A DNA stretch of 64,000 nt from positions 96,001 through 160,000 of the forward strand of contig CAVSCK010000005.1 of assembly GCA_963726455.1 (NCBI GenBank). Reading direction: 5' to 3'. The DNA is from an uncultured bacterium. Its GTDB lineage: Bacteria > Zixibacteria > MSB-5A5 > CAIYYT01. Positions 1 through 9,970 of this stretch are shown here, in pieces. The stretch's first letter is position 1. Every line of letters starts with the position of its first letter. The translations under genes were made by a program, and so were the position numbers. The notes beneath the pieces were generated by a model. It saw only the letters and a list, made by a program, of their open reading frames with translations, was not told the origin of the DNA and searched no databases.

Positions 1-687
1 TACTGCAATTCCCGCAGCCAGAAGCGCCTGCACCGCATTGTGCAAAGGTGCACAATCGCTGGTGATTGTTGTCTCAAACTTCAGCCCCTCCCTCTGCGCC
101 ATGATCGCGATTCCATGCCGGCCTATGTCGCCGGAGAGAATTATGGCATCTCCCGCGCACACAGTTGCTGGAGCTATGCTCAGAGAATGTTCAATGATGC
201 CGATTCCGGCTGTGTTGGTATAGATGCCGTCGCCTTTGCCGCGATCAACAACCTTGGTGTCACCGGTAACGACCTGCACGTTTGACTCAGCAGCGCTGGC
301 TTTGATGGACTGCATGACACGTTCAAGAGTCTCCACCGGCAGGCCTTCCTCTAGGATCAGCCCCAGACTCAGGTAAAGTGGTTTCGCGCCGGCCATCGCC
401 AGATCATTGATCGTACCGTTGACCGCCAGTGTGCCGATATCACCGCCCGGGAAGAACAGCGGACTTACGACATACGAATCCGTCGTGAATGCCAGCCGTT
501 GCCCGCCGATTTCAAACACGCTCGCGTCATGGCACGATTGCAGCATCTTGTTGTCCAACGCGGGAAGAATGACGTTGTCAAGCAACTGATGCATCAATCT
601 GCCACCACCACCATGTGCCAGTAATATCTGTTCATAATTCGATAACGGCGTCGGGCACGAAAGTAATATGTTATTATCATCCGGCAT
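1..687 (-). CDS. hypE: Hydrogenase maturation carbamoyl dehydratase HypE (3' end runs off the window)
   Basis: Not in the ORF track. Manual translation from ATG at 687 gives [14 protein letters not shown]...LLAHGGGG...[38 protein letters not shown], typical HypE motifs. Lies directly downstream of hypD. Confidence 0.95.
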   Translation of the reverse strand, partial: MPDDNNILLSCPTPLSNYEQILLAHGGGGRLMHQLLDNVILPALDNKMLQSCHDASVFEIGGQRLAFTTDSYVVSPLFFPGGDIGTLAVNGTINDLAMAGAKPLYLSLGLILEEGLPVETLERVMQSIKASAAESNVQVVTGDTKVVDRGKGDGIYTNTAGIGIIEHSLSIAPATVCAGDAIILSGDIGRHGIAIMAQREGLKFETTITSDCAPLHNAVQALLAAGIAV

Positions 688-698
688 GATGTGTCTGC

Positions 699-1808
699 CT
701 AACCTTTCGTCTTGTTCTGAACCGTGATACCACGGTAACGGTAATAGGCAGCACAGGCGCCCTCGGAGGACACCATAGTAGCACCGAGCGGATGTTCCGG
801 CGTGCATTTGCTGCCGAACACGGGACAGTCATGCGGCTTCTTGATTCCTTGCAGGATTACGCCACTGATACAATCTTTCGATTCCTCGACTTTGCGATCG
901 GTCAATTTGAACCTGGTTTCGGCATCGTAGGCGCGGTATTCGCCACGCAATGCCAGGCCGCTGTTGCCGATCTCACCGATGCCCCGCCACTTGCGCGGGA
1001 CGATTTCAAACACCTCTTTCAGCAACTTCTGCGCGGGAACATTGCCCTCGCGAGTCACCAAGCGACTGTATTGATTCTCCACTTCGCAACTTCCGGCTTC
1101 AAGTTGAGTGACGCACATCAGGATGCCCTGCAAGATATCGATTGGCTCGAAACCGGTGACGACAATTGGCACGCGATACTTCATGGCAATCGGCTCGTAC
1201 TCATGATAACCCATCACGGTACACACGTGCCCGGCGGCGAGAAATCCCTGCACTTGATTATTCGGCGATCCGAGTATCGCCTCGATTGCAGGCGGAACCA
1301 GAACTTGCGACACCAGAAGCGAGAAATTCTTCACGTTTCGTTGCTGCGCTTGCACGACTGTCATACCAATTGCGGGAGCGGTCGTTTCAAAACCGACGGC
1401 AAAGAAGACTACTTGTCTCTCCGGATTCTTTGTCGCTAACTCAAGCGCATCCAGCGGTGAATACACGACGCGCACGTCAGCACCCGCTGCCTTGACACTG
1501 AGCAAGTCACACCGTGATCCCGGTACGCGCAGCATATCTCCAAACGAACACAAGATCACTTCGGGCTGCGCCGCAATCTCAATCGCCTTGTCGATCAATT
1601 CAATGGGCGTCACACAGACCGGACAACCGGGTCCGTGAACAAGAGTAATCTGTGGCGGCAGTAATTCGTCAATTCCGAAACGGACAATCGCGTGCGTCTG
1701 CCCGCCACATATTTCCATGATCGTCCAGGGTTTGGTGACGACGGCGGCGATTTGATCGGCCAATTTATGCGCTGAGGCGGCATCGCGATATTCATCAACG
1801 AATTTCAC
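699..1808 (-). CDS. hypD: Hydrogenase maturation protein HypD
   Basis: [22 protein letters not shown]-terminal [22 protein letters not shown] motifs. Confidence 0.97.
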   Translation of the reverse strand: MKFVDEYRDAASAHKLADQIAAVVTKPWTIMEICGGQTHAIVRFGIDELLPPQITLVHGPGCPVCVTPIELIDKAIEIAAQPEVILCSFGDMLRVPGSRCDLLSVKAAGADVRVVYSPLDALELATKNPERQVVFFAVGFETTAPAIGMTVVQAQQRNVKNFSLLVSQVLVPPAIEAILGSPNNQVQGFLAAGHVCTVMGYHEYEPIAMKYRVPIVVTGFEPIDILQGILMCVTQLEAGSCEVENQYSRLVTREGNVPAQKLLKEVFEIVPRKWRGIGEIGNSGLALRGEYRAYDAETRFKLTDRKVEESKDCISGVILQGIKKPHDCPVFGSKCTPEHPLGATMVSSEGACAAYYRYRGITVQNKTKG

Positions 1809-2059
1809 TGTGACTCCTCGCTGCGGGCGTCGGCTTCATCCATTTCTCGCAGATATTGAAACACTTTCTGCGCTTCGTCCTCGTCAATGATATTGAGCGC
1901 GAATCCGACATGGATCACCACGTAATCGCCAATCTTTACCTCCGGGACGTAACACAGATTCACATCTTTGATCACGCCGCCGAAATCCACCCTGCCTGTC
2001 CGAAACACGGGATCATCGCCCGTAATGCTGATCACTTTTCCCGGAACTGCGAGACACAT
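1805..2059 (-). CDS. hypC: Hydrogenase maturation chaperone HypC
   Basis: True start is MCLAVPG at 2059 (AAGGA RBS upstream); [12 protein letters not shown] motif. Confidence 0.96.
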   Translation of the reverse strand: MCLAVPGKVISITGDDPVFRTGRVDFGGVIKDVNLCYVPEVKIGDYVVIHVGFALNIIDEDEAQKVFQYLREMDEADARSEESQ

Positions 2060-2064
2060 TTGCG

Positions 2065-4392
2065 TTAATTCCTTCTTGTTGTTCGCGCTGCGGCCACAAT
2101 CTGACCCAGTGCGATGCCGCCGTCGTTGGGTGGAATCCGCTGATGCCAATAGGGCTGGAATCCTTCGGCGCGCAGTCGTGCAATAACATGCTCAGTCAGA
2201 TACCTGTTTTGAAAACTACCGCCGCTAATCACAATTCTCTGCTGCCCGAATTCTCTCGCTACCGCAATCATCATTTCGACCAGTGCGTTGTGAAACTTCG
2301 CGGCAGGGACCGACACCGGTGTGCCGTTGTCCCTCTCGGCAAGAACGCTCTCGACGAGCGGTTGCCAGTCCACAATGAATGTAGTCTCGTTCTTGACAAT
2401 TTCAAACGGATAGGATTCATCCGTTTGCGCGTCACCGATTGCGAATTCCAGCGCCATTGCCGCCTCGCCCTCGAACGTAGCTCGTTGACAAAGTCCAAGC
2501 AAAGACGCAACGGCATCAAACAGTCGCCCGGCGCTTGATGTCAGAGGTGCGTTGAGTTGCCGGCTGAGCATACCCCGCATTACCGAAAGTTCGGAACTGT
2601 TGAATACTATCGTCTTCAGGAGATCGCCCCTGTCGAACATCCGTTCTCCGTACAATTCAAACAACACTCCCAGCGCCGACCGGCGCGGTTCACGGATTGC
2701 GGAATCTCCGCCCGGCAATGGAAACGTTCTCAAATGTGCTACTCGCCTAAAATTCGTGTCGTTGATCTGCAGAAATTCTCCACCCCAGATTGACCCATCC
2801 GGGCCGAGACCGGTGCCATCCCAGGCGATACCCAACACCGGTGCTTCGACTTCATTGTCCGCCATGCAACTCAAGATATGTGCGTATTGATGCTGTACGG
2901 TTAGGACAGGAACCACATATTCGTGTGCCTTGCGAGTCGAGAGATAATCGGGGTGAAGATCACACGCGACAACTTCGGGCGTGACGTCATATAAAGCAGG
3001 CAAATCTGTGAGCACATTAACGAAAGCCTCATAGGCCTCTGCCGTTTCCAAGTCTCCGATATGTTGGCTGACGAAAACGTCCCGCCCCAGCGACAACGCC
3101 ACGCTGTTCTTAAGCTGTGCTCCGACTGCGATGGCTGACGGCAAGGAATGACTCAGCGTTATCGGCAGTGGCGCGTACCCACGGGCGCGACGGGTAACCT
3201 GCTCGCGGCCTGCCACGATTCGCACGATTGAATCATCGACATGACGCCTGATCGGCCGGTCGTGCACCAGAAACGAATCGGCAATCTCTGCAAGCCGACG
3301 CAGCGCCTCGAATTCGTCGGTGCATATTGGTTCTTCCGCCAAATTGGCGCTGGTTGCTACGACCGGAAATCCAAGCTCTTGCATCAACAAGTGGTGCAGT
3401 GGTGTGTAAGGCAGCATGACGCCCAGGTATGGATTGCCGGGTGCAACATCGGGGTCGACCAGAGCAGCGCCGCGTAGTCTGCGTAACAAAACGATCGGCG
3501 ACTCAACTGAGGTCAGCGAACATTGTTCAATCGCGCTCAGTTCACATGCTTCTTCTACCGATTCCAGTGTCGGAAACATCAGGGCGAACGGTTTGGCGCT
3601 GCGATGCTTTCGTTCGCGCAGCCGCATTATCGCGTCGCGATTGCGCGCGTCGACCATCAAATGAAATCCGCCGAGGCCTTTAACCGCGACAATATCGCCC
3701 GCCTTGATAGCATCTGCGGCCGCCAGCAGTGCTTCATCCTTGCGTGCCTGAACTGCACCGCCACCGTCCCACCATTCCAGTTGCGGGCCGCAGTCGGGAC
3801 AGGCATTCGGTTGTGCATGGAAACGCCGGTCCGAAGGATTCTCGTACTCTTCCCGGCAGAGCTGACACATGACGAACTTCTTCATCGTCGTGTTGGCCCG
3901 GTCATACGGCAGCGACTCAATAATCGTGTATCTCGGCCCGCAGTTGGTACAATTCGTGAACGGATAGCGAAAGCGGCGGTTGCTCGGATCACGAATATCG
4001 CCGAGGCAGTCGGGGCACGTGGCAATATCCGGCAAGACATAGGCCGACTTACCGCCAGTCGCCACGCTGGCGCGGATTTCGAAAACTGAATAACCAACGG
4101 GATCGAGTTGCGACACTTCGCAACTCTGCACAAAGGCGCGTGGCGGTAACTCCGATATCAGACGCTTGCGAAACATATCCAGCGCTTCTTGTGACGCCTC
4201 GATTTCGATAATCACTCCCTGCGAAGTGTTGGTGACGTAACCCCGCAATTCCAGATCCTGCGCCAGCCGATATACGAACGGCCGAAATCCGACGCCCTGC
4301 ACGGCGCCACGAATAGCAAATCGCAGCCGCTGCTGCTCATACTTCGGTATTGACTGTGCGGATTTCGGAATCATACTGTTCATGCGCGGCAA
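2065..4392 (-). CDS. hypF: Carbamoyltransferase HypF
   Basis: Acylphosphatase domain (G.VQGVGFRPF), two zinc fingers (CPDC...CTNCGPR; CQLC...CPDCGP), KGLGGFHL, SQHIGDL, PPNDGGIALGQ. Confidence 0.97.
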   Translation of the reverse strand: MPRMNSMIPKSAQSIPKYEQQRLRFAIRGAVQGVGFRPFVYRLAQDLELRGYVTNTSQGVIIEIEASQEALDMFRKRLISELPPRAFVQSCEVSQLDPVGYSVFEIRASVATGGKSAYVLPDIATCPDCLGDIRDPSNRRFRYPFTNCTNCGPRYTIIESLPYDRANTTMKKFVMCQLCREEYENPSDRRFHAQPNACPDCGPQLEWWDGGGAVQARKDEALLAAADAIKAGDIVAVKGLGGFHLMVDARNRDAIMRLRERKHRSAKPFALMFPTLESVEEACELSAIEQCSLTSVESPIVLLRRLRGAALVDPDVAPGNPYLGVMLPYTPLHHLLMQELGFPVVATSANLAEEPICTDEFEALRRLAEIADSFLVHDRPIRRHVDDSIVRIVAGREQVTRRARGYAPLPITLSHSLPSAIAVGAQLKNSVALSLGRDVFVSQHIGDLETAEAYEAFVNVLTDLPALYDVTPEVVACDLHPDYLSTRKAHEYVVPVLTVQHQYAHILSCMADNEVEAPVLGIAWDGTGLGPDGSIWGGEFLQINDTNFRRVAHLRTFPLPGGDSAIREPRRSALGVLFELYGERMFDRGDLLKTIVFNSSELSVMRGMLSRQLNAPLTSSAGRLFDAVASLLGLCQRATFEGEAAMALEFAIGDAQTDESYPFEIVKNETTFIVDWQPLVESVLAERDNGTPVSVPAAKFHNALVEMMIAVAREFGQQRIVISGGSFQNRYLTEHVIARLRAEGFQPYWHQRIPPNDGGIALGQIVAAARTTRRN

Positions 4393-4410
4393 TTGCGCCC
4401 GGAAAGAAGT

Positions 4411-4917
4411 TTAGACCGTCTCTGTGAACGCCATCTCGTTGAGATCGTTCATAACCCGCGCGACCACGTCGTTGACCGCACTCACCACCGATTGCGTCAG
4501 TCCGTTGCCTGCGGAAAAATCGGCCCCCTCGATACCGTAAACCACCAACCGTTCCGGCAATCGCCCGAGTGCGCGCGCCAACTCCACGGCCTCAGCGACA
4601 CTGAAGGCATGCGTGGAGTAATTGAAGAAATCGCTCGGAATTGGAACCCGGGCGGCATCAAATCGATAGATGAGTCCCGGCGTTGACGACGATTGTGCTG
4701 CGTCTATGATGATAACTGTATCTGCTTCGCCAAAACGCTCCAACAGTGACACGCCCTCACCTGAATGGACGACGGCGTTTACGCGCGGCAGTGTCAGCGC
4801 CGCGATTCGGTTCGCAACCGCAATACCGGCAGCGTCATCGTGTCGGAACTCGTTGCCGACCCCAATTACCAAAGCAGTGTTGCGCCGGACGGTCGAGTCG
4901 TCATCAGTCGCCGCCAT
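4411..4917 (-). CDS. Hydrogenase maturation endopeptidase (HyaD/HoxW family)
   Basis: IGVGNEFRHDDAAG, IIIDA, STHAFS motifs; directly after the large subunit gene. Confidence 0.92.
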   Translation of the reverse strand: MAATDDDSTVRRNTALVIGVGNEFRHDDAAGIAVANRIAALTLPRVNAVVHSGEGVSLLERFGEADTVIIIDAAQSSSTPGLIYRFDAARVPIPSDFFNYSTHAFSVAEAVELARALGRLPERLVVYGIEGADFSAGNGLTQSVVSAVNDVVARVMNDLNEMAFTETV

Positions 4918-4923
4918 TTTGCA

Positions 4924-6216
4924 TCACCGCCTGTCGATCTTCAGTTTCAGGAAATGTGTCGCGCAGGAAATGCACGGATCATAGTTGCGCACCGCCTGCT
5001 CGCATTGCCAGGTCAGATTCTCGTCCGACAGATGGATATGCCGTGGCACGAATTCCGCCAGATCATTCTCGATTGTCTTTTGGTTCTGCGATGTCGGCGG
5101 CACGATCTTGGCCTCGGTTATCTTGCCTTTTTCGTCGACACGATACCGATGATAGCAGATACCGCGGGGTGCTTCCGAGCAGCCGCATCCGACCCCGGCG
5201 CGTTTCTTAAATTCGACTGCCGGTTTCTCCGGCTTCTCATAATTTGCGATAATTCGTAATGCCTCATCACAGGCATAGACCGTCTCAATGCTGCGCACGA
5301 TTATGCCTTTGAAGGGATTGCGACAGCTATTGCCCAGGCCGACCTCTCTGGCGACCTGCTGCGGCACCGGCGACAGTCGGTCGAAATTGAGATTGAAGCG
5401 CGCCAACGGCCCCACGAAGTAAGCGCCACGCGCTCTGATTACGGAGTGTAGAGCGTGAGAATGCTTGACGTGCTCCTCCGCAAAATGCTGCTCGTACTCC
5501 TTGATCTCGATATCCAGCCCGCGATTCGACACCAGTCGTCCTTCGATGAGTGGATACTCATCCGGATGCCGCATGGCGACGAATTCGTAGTCACGCTCAA
5601 AATCCGGAAACTTGAAGGTCGCCACCCATTTTGACGTTTCGATTGCGGCATCGCGAGCCCATTTGAGTTCCTCCGCGATCGAAGCCAATTGCGACTTTTC
5701 CGGCGCCTTGTAGAATCCGCCGACGCGCACGTTGATCGGATGAATTTCGCGTCCGCCAATCAGCGTCATAAGATCATTCCCGCATTTCTTGAGGCGCAGA
5801 CCCCGCTTGACGATGTCGGGATAATCCTTCGCCAGTTGAATGGCGTCGGGATAGCCAAGGAAATCAGGCGCGTGCAGCATGTAGATATGCAGCGCGTGGC
5901 TTTCGATCCACTCGCCGCAGTATATTAGGCGCCGCAGCGCGCGTAGTTGTCCATCGACCGTGACACCGAATATCTGTTCCATCGCGCTCACCGCGCTCAT
6001 TTGATAGGCAATCGGGCAGATTCCGCAGATGCGTGCGGCAATGTCGGGCGCTTCGGCATAATGACGGCCACGCATAAATGCCTCGAAGAAACGCGGCGGT
6101 TCGAAAATCTTCAGTTTCACGTCTTCCACGCGGTCGTCTTTGATCTTCACATAGAGCGATCCTTCGCCTTCGACTCGCGCCAGATAATCGACCTTGATCG
6201 TTCTGCTATCTTTCAT
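4924..6216 (-). CDS. Group 3b [NiFe]-hydrogenase large (alpha) subunit
   Basis: ARVEGEG, L1 RICGICP, EAPRG, L2 [10 protein letters not shown] followed by a short cleavable tail (FLKLKIDRR). Confidence 0.95.
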   Translation of the reverse strand: MKDSRTIKVDYLARVEGEGSLYVKIKDDRVEDVKLKIFEPPRFFEAFMRGRHYAEAPDIAARICGICPIAYQMSAVSAMEQIFGVTVDGQLRALRRLIYCGEWIESHALHIYMLHAPDFLGYPDAIQLAKDYPDIVKRGLRLKKCGNDLMTLIGGREIHPINVRVGGFYKAPEKSQLASIAEELKWARDAAIETSKWVATFKFPDFERDYEFVAMRHPDEYPLIEGRLVSNRGLDIEIKEYEQHFAEEHVKHSHALHSVIRARGAYFVGPLARFNLNFDRLSPVPQQVAREVGLGNSCRNPFKGIIVRSIETVYACDEALRIIANYEKPEKPAVEFKKRAGVGCGCSEAPRGICYHRYRVDEKGKITEAKIVPPTSQNQKTIENDLAEFVPRHIHLSDENLTWQCEQAVRNYDPCISCATHFLKLKIDRR

Positions 6217-6985
6217 GAGCTTCGCTCTCTTTCCGGAAGGTCTCCGAATAGGAGTTGTAACTCCGATACAGCCGCACGAGATAATCTTCGTTGACGCCGA
6301 TTTTGCTGAATTGCTCGCTCATCGACATGGTATTCGGGGTCTCTTTCGGTCCGAAACAACCGTAGCAGCCACGGCTGAATGACGGGCAGATGGCGCCGCA
6401 ACCGGCCTGCGTCACCGGTCCCATGCAGGGTTTCCCCTGCGCCACCATCACACAAGGCGTGCCTTTCAATTTGCATTGCAGGCAGACGGAATGCGGCGGC
6501 GTGTTCGGCTTGCGGCCGTTGAGGAAAGCGCTGAGCACTTCCACCAACTGCGCTTTGTTGATCGGGCAGCCACGCAATTCGAAATCGACCAGCACGTGGT
6601 AGCCGATCGGAGTTGACTTGTGCAGCGTCTCGATGTACTGCGGCGACGCATAGACGTAATTCGCGTAATCCATGACGTTCGCAAAATTGCGAAGCCCCTG
6701 AATTCCTCCCGCCGTGGCACAGGCGCCAATCGTGATTAAGAGCTTTGACATCTTGCGCACTTTCTGAATGCGCTCGGCATCGTGCGAGGTCGTGATCGAG
6801 CCTTCGACCAGCGATATATCGTAGGGTCCCTTGACCAAAGCGCGCGTCGCCTCCGGGAAATTGGCGATCTCCACCGCATCGGCGATGGCCAGTAGCTCAT
6901 TTTCGCAATCGAGCAGACTCAGTTGACAGCCGTCACAAGACGCAAATTTCCAGACTGCCACTTTCGGTTTGGTTTTGGTTGCCAT
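6206..6985 (-). CDS. Group 3b [NiFe]-hydrogenase small (delta) subunit
   Basis: [25 protein letters not shown]-terminal Cys cluster (C..C...C...CMGPVT.AGCGA.CP...GCYGCFGP); no Tat signal; start taken at MATKTK. Confidence 0.93.
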   Translation of the reverse strand: MATKTKPKVAVWKFASCDGCQLSLLDCENELLAIADAVEIANFPEATRALVKGPYDISLVEGSITTSHDAERIQKVRKMSKLLITIGACATAGGIQGLRNFANVMDYANYVYASPQYIETLHKSTPIGYHVLVDFELRGCPINKAQLVEVLSAFLNGRKPNTPPHSVCLQCKLKGTPCVMVAQGKPCMGPVTQAGCGAICPSFSRGCYGCFGPKETPNTMSMSEQFSKIGVNEDYLVRLYRSYNSYSETFRKESEAHER

Positions 6986-6986
6986 A

Positions 6987-7856
6987 TCAGATTTCCCGCC
7001 TTCCCAGCAATTCAATTACCTTATCGTAACTGAACACCGGCCCGTCCTTGCAGACGAAGGTCGGCCCGAACTGGCAATGTCCACACAGCCCGACGCCACA
7101 CTTCATATTTCGCTCCATCGATACGTAGATTCGTTCCAGCCCGAGGTCCTGCTTGATCAAACCCATCGCCACGAAGCGCATCATGATTTCCGGGCCGCAA
7201 ATCATCGCCGTGGTGTTTTCGGGATCGAAAGCCGCCTTCCTGAGCAGTGAGGTCACGACGCCGACATTGCCCCGCCAGCCGCTCGATGCGCGGTCGACGG
7301 TGACGTGTACTTCCAGGTCAAAGCGGGAGCGCCACTTTTCCAGTTCCGTGACATAGAGCATGTCATCCGGCGTTCTGGTGCCGTACAGCAGGAAAACCCG
7401 GTTGTATTTTTTGCGCTCGGCCAGAACCTGATAGACTACCGGCCGCAAAGGCGCCAGTCCAATACCGCCCGCGATTATCAGTACATCCCCACCGGCTGCC
7501 TGTGTCACCGGCCAGGCGGCGCCAAAGGGACCGCGCACGCCGATGGTGTCACCGGCCTTTAGCTTCGCCATCGCTTTAGTGACCGAACCGACGGCACGGA
7601 TTGTATGAATCAAGGTTGCCGGCTTGGTCGGATCGCCGCTGATCGAGATTGCCGCTTCGCCAACGCCGAACTTGTATAGCATATTGAATTGCCCCGCGAC
7701 GAATTTATGTTCTGCCGTTCCGTCAACGGGTTTGAGTTCCAGAGTGAACGTATCGTGTGTCTCTTTGCGATACTTTTCGATGCGATACGTCCTCGGCAGC
7801 ATCGAGTTGCTGCGGCCTGCCGGTGTTGAGGCCTTAGTTTCAAGCACGGGTTCCAT
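6987..7856 (-). CDS. Group 3b hydrogenase gamma subunit (FAD/NAD(P)-binding, 2Fe-2S)
   Basis: [40 protein letters not shown]...VCKDGPVF. Confidence 0.93.
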   Translation of the reverse strand: MEPVLETKASTPAGRSNSMLPRTYRIEKYRKETHDTFTLELKPVDGTAEHKFVAGQFNMLYKFGVGEAAISISGDPTKPATLIHTIRAVGSVTKAMAKLKAGDTIGVRGPFGAAWPVTQAAGGDVLIIAGGIGLAPLRPVVYQVLAERKKYNRVFLLYGTRTPDDMLYVTELEKWRSRFDLEVHVTVDRASSGWRGNVGVVTSLLRKAAFDPENTTAMICGPEIMMRFVAMGLIKQDLGLERIYVSMERNMKCGVGLCGHCQFGPTFVCKDGPVFSYDKVIELLGRREI

Positions 7857-8301
7857 ATATGTCCAACAATTGAAGTCTGGTTGCCGACAGGCGCTCGGCG
7901 ATAATCTTCACGAAGCGCTTGAGTAACTCATATCCGAGGTCATGGTCTTCATCCAGCTTGCTGCGCAGGCACAAGGCATCGAATCGAATTGCACGTGTGA
8001 GTTCCACCGCCCGCGCGTCGAAGTGCGCCCGATACGGAGGTAGCAGCCACGACCAGCCGGTGACGTCGCCGTCCTCCAAAGTTTCGACGGTTATCGGACC
8101 GTGCGTAGGGCTGAATAGCTCCAGCGCGACTTTGCCTTGACGAATGATGTAAAATTCGGATGCTTCCTGACCTTCGCGGGAAATAAACTCGCCGGCATCA
8201 AACTTGACATTCGAGGCGCAGCCCAGGAGCAAATGCAATTGCTCATGGGGCAAGCCCTTAAAGAACGGATGTGCCGCCAGTATCGGTTCCAATGTCTCCA
8301 T
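7840..8301 (-). CDS. Stand-alone cyclic-nucleotide-binding (Crp/cNMP) domain protein
   Basis: PFFKGL, GEFISREG, FYIIRQGKV, GDVTGWSWL, FDARA; 153 aa with no HTH domain; overlaps the gamma gene. Confidence 0.88.
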   Translation of the reverse strand: METLEPILAAHPFFKGLPHEQLHLLLGCASNVKFDAGEFISREGQEASEFYIIRQGKVALELFSPTHGPITVETLEDGDVTGWSWLLPPYRAHFDARAVELTRAIRFDALCLRSKLDEDHDLGYELLKRFVKIIAERLSATRLQLLDIYGTRA

Positions 8302-8302
8302 C

Positions 8303-9469
8303 CTAATGCTCCTTTATTGCCATTGTCGCTTTTTCTCGCTTGTCGCTCGCCCGGATCGCCCGCGCTTCCTCCGTGATATCGATACCAACCGGGCACCAGG
8401 TAATACACCGACCGCAACCGACGCATCCCGACATGCCGAACTGATCCTGCCACGCCGCCAGCTTATGCGTCATCCACTGCCGATACCGCGCCCTGGTGGA
8501 GGTCCTGATGCTGCCACCGTGTATGTAAGAGAAGTCCAGCGTGAAGCAAGAGTCCCATCGCCTGATGCGTTCTGCAGTTGTTCCAGCCAGATCGGTGATG
8601 TCATTGACCGTCATGCAGAAACAGGTCGGGCAGACCATTGTACAATTGCAGCAGGTAAGACAACGCGCCGCAACATTGTCCCAGCGCGGATGTTCGATAT
8701 TGCGATACAGCAATTCGTAGATACCGTTCGTGTCCAGTTGGCGTCCCATGTTCTCGGACGACTTCTTCATGAGTTCAAACACGGTCTGCTTTTCTTCGGC
8801 GGTAGCGATTTGATTACTGACTTTGCTGATCACCGCGGCGCCTTTGTCGCTTCCCGATTCCACCACAAAATAGTGACGGGCCTTATCGACAACTTCCGTT
8901 AGCGCCAGGTCAAATCCCGAGGAAACTCTCGGACCGGTCCTCATCGAAACGCAAAAACAGGTTCCCCGCGTCACGGTGCAGTTGACGGCCACGATGAATA
9001 CTTTCTCACGGCGGGCTCGGTAAACCGGATCGGCGTGTTCTCCCTGCATAAAGATCTTGTCCTGCGTCGCGATGGCATTTAACTCGCATGAACGCACGCC
9101 GATAAAGGCGTACTTGGGAGTTTCCTCTTTCTCTTCAATGATGGTCACTTGCCGATTTTCCAGATTCGCCTTCCACAAACGCAGAGTCGGTGGAAACAGG
9201 AACTTCTTCCATGATTGCGGACCGACTACATAGCCAAAGAATGCCGAATCCTTACGCTGAATCAGACGATAGTATCCGCCGTCCTGCTCGTCAGTCCACC
9301 CGATCGGAAGGTCGTCGGTTGAGTTCAACTCGTCATACACGATCGCTTCATCGCGAACGGTCGGCCCCATCAACCGGTAGCCCTGCTCCTGCAGCACTGT
9401 GAACAGCGTTTGCAGTTGTTCACGTTGCAACGTAACTTGCTGATCAGTCTCTACTGCCGATTCCAACAT
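8303..9469 (-). CDS. Group 3b hydrogenase beta subunit (2x[4Fe-4S])
   Basis: [37 protein letters not shown]; start at MLESAV with AAGGA RBS. Confidence 0.92.
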   Translation of the reverse strand: MLESAVETDQQVTLQREQLQTLFTVLQEQGYRLMGPTVRDEAIVYDELNSTDDLPIGWTDEQDGGYYRLIQRKDSAFFGYVVGPQSWKKFLFPPTLRLWKANLENRQVTIIEEKEETPKYAFIGVRSCELNAIATQDKIFMQGEHADPVYRARREKVFIVAVNCTVTRGTCFCVSMRTGPRVSSGFDLALTEVVDKARHYFVVESGSDKGAAVISKVSNQIATAEEKQTVFELMKKSSENMGRQLDTNGIYELLYRNIEHPRWDNVAARCLTCCNCTMVCPTCFCMTVNDITDLAGTTAERIRRWDSCFTLDFSYIHGGSIRTSTRARYRQWMTHKLAAWQDQFGMSGCVGCGRCITWCPVGIDITEEARAIRASDKREKATMAIKEH

Positions 9470-9684
9470 TTGATTATCTTCCTTCGTGAAGTTAGTCCCC
9501 AATGATTTCCCCCGCAGCGTTCATCAATTCTGAATTCAGCCGACTAATGATAACGACTGGACTTCCTAATATCACTGAATTGCAGACAGCGATCATCAAC
9601 TATTCACCACTTGTCCGATCCGCGCCGTTCCTGCCAACCATTCTGGCCGGCAGGCGGATCGTCGCGAATCACTTTTCCGCATTG

Positions 9685-9713
9685 AAAATAGCTTAGTTTG
9701 GGCCAAATGTCAC
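9685..9713 (-). promoter_or_regulatory. Candidate sigma70 promoter of the hydrogenase operon
   Basis: GTGACA-17 nt-TATTTT on the minus strand. Confidence 0.4.
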
Positions 9714-9730
9714 GGGGAAAAAGTGACAGA

Positions 9731-9748
9731 TTGTGAAAAAAATCGCAA
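9731..9748. promoter_or_regulatory. Rex-like operator
   Basis: TTGTGAA-AAAA-ATCGCAA versus the Rex consensus TTGTGAA-N4-TTCACAA (2 mismatches); upstream of an NAD(P)-coupled hydrogenase. Confidence 0.55.
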
Positions 9749-9896
9749 TCTCTGCACGCAATGCGTTGCGCCACAACATATTCTGCATTAAAGAAATAAC
9801 TATAATGTGGCAAACCGAGGAAGGCAAGTGAGACTTCCAAAGCCATAATGTCTATCGGGAGGAATTTAGTTGTCCAGTGTTAATGCTGCAAATGAA

Positions 9897-9926
9897 AACG
9901 GACGAACATTGCTTGTCCGTCCGTTT
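9897..9926 (-). terminator. Intrinsic terminator after the multiheme cytochrome gene
   Basis: Hairpin aaacggacgaaca-ttgct-tgtccgtccgttt, T-run on the minus strand. Confidence 0.7.
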
Positions 9927-9970
9927 AGAAATCTAATCTACGCACCACCAAGCGCTTCGTTAAGCCGTCG

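Noticed and set aside
4924-6216. Selenocysteine ([NiFeSe]) hydrogenase
   Set aside because: The L2 motif is DPCISC with ordinary Cys codons and no in-frame TGA.
9758-9775. Sigma54 promoter TGGCGC...TTGC on the minus strand
   Set aside because: The GG-to-GC spacing is one base longer than the strict -24/-12 requirement.
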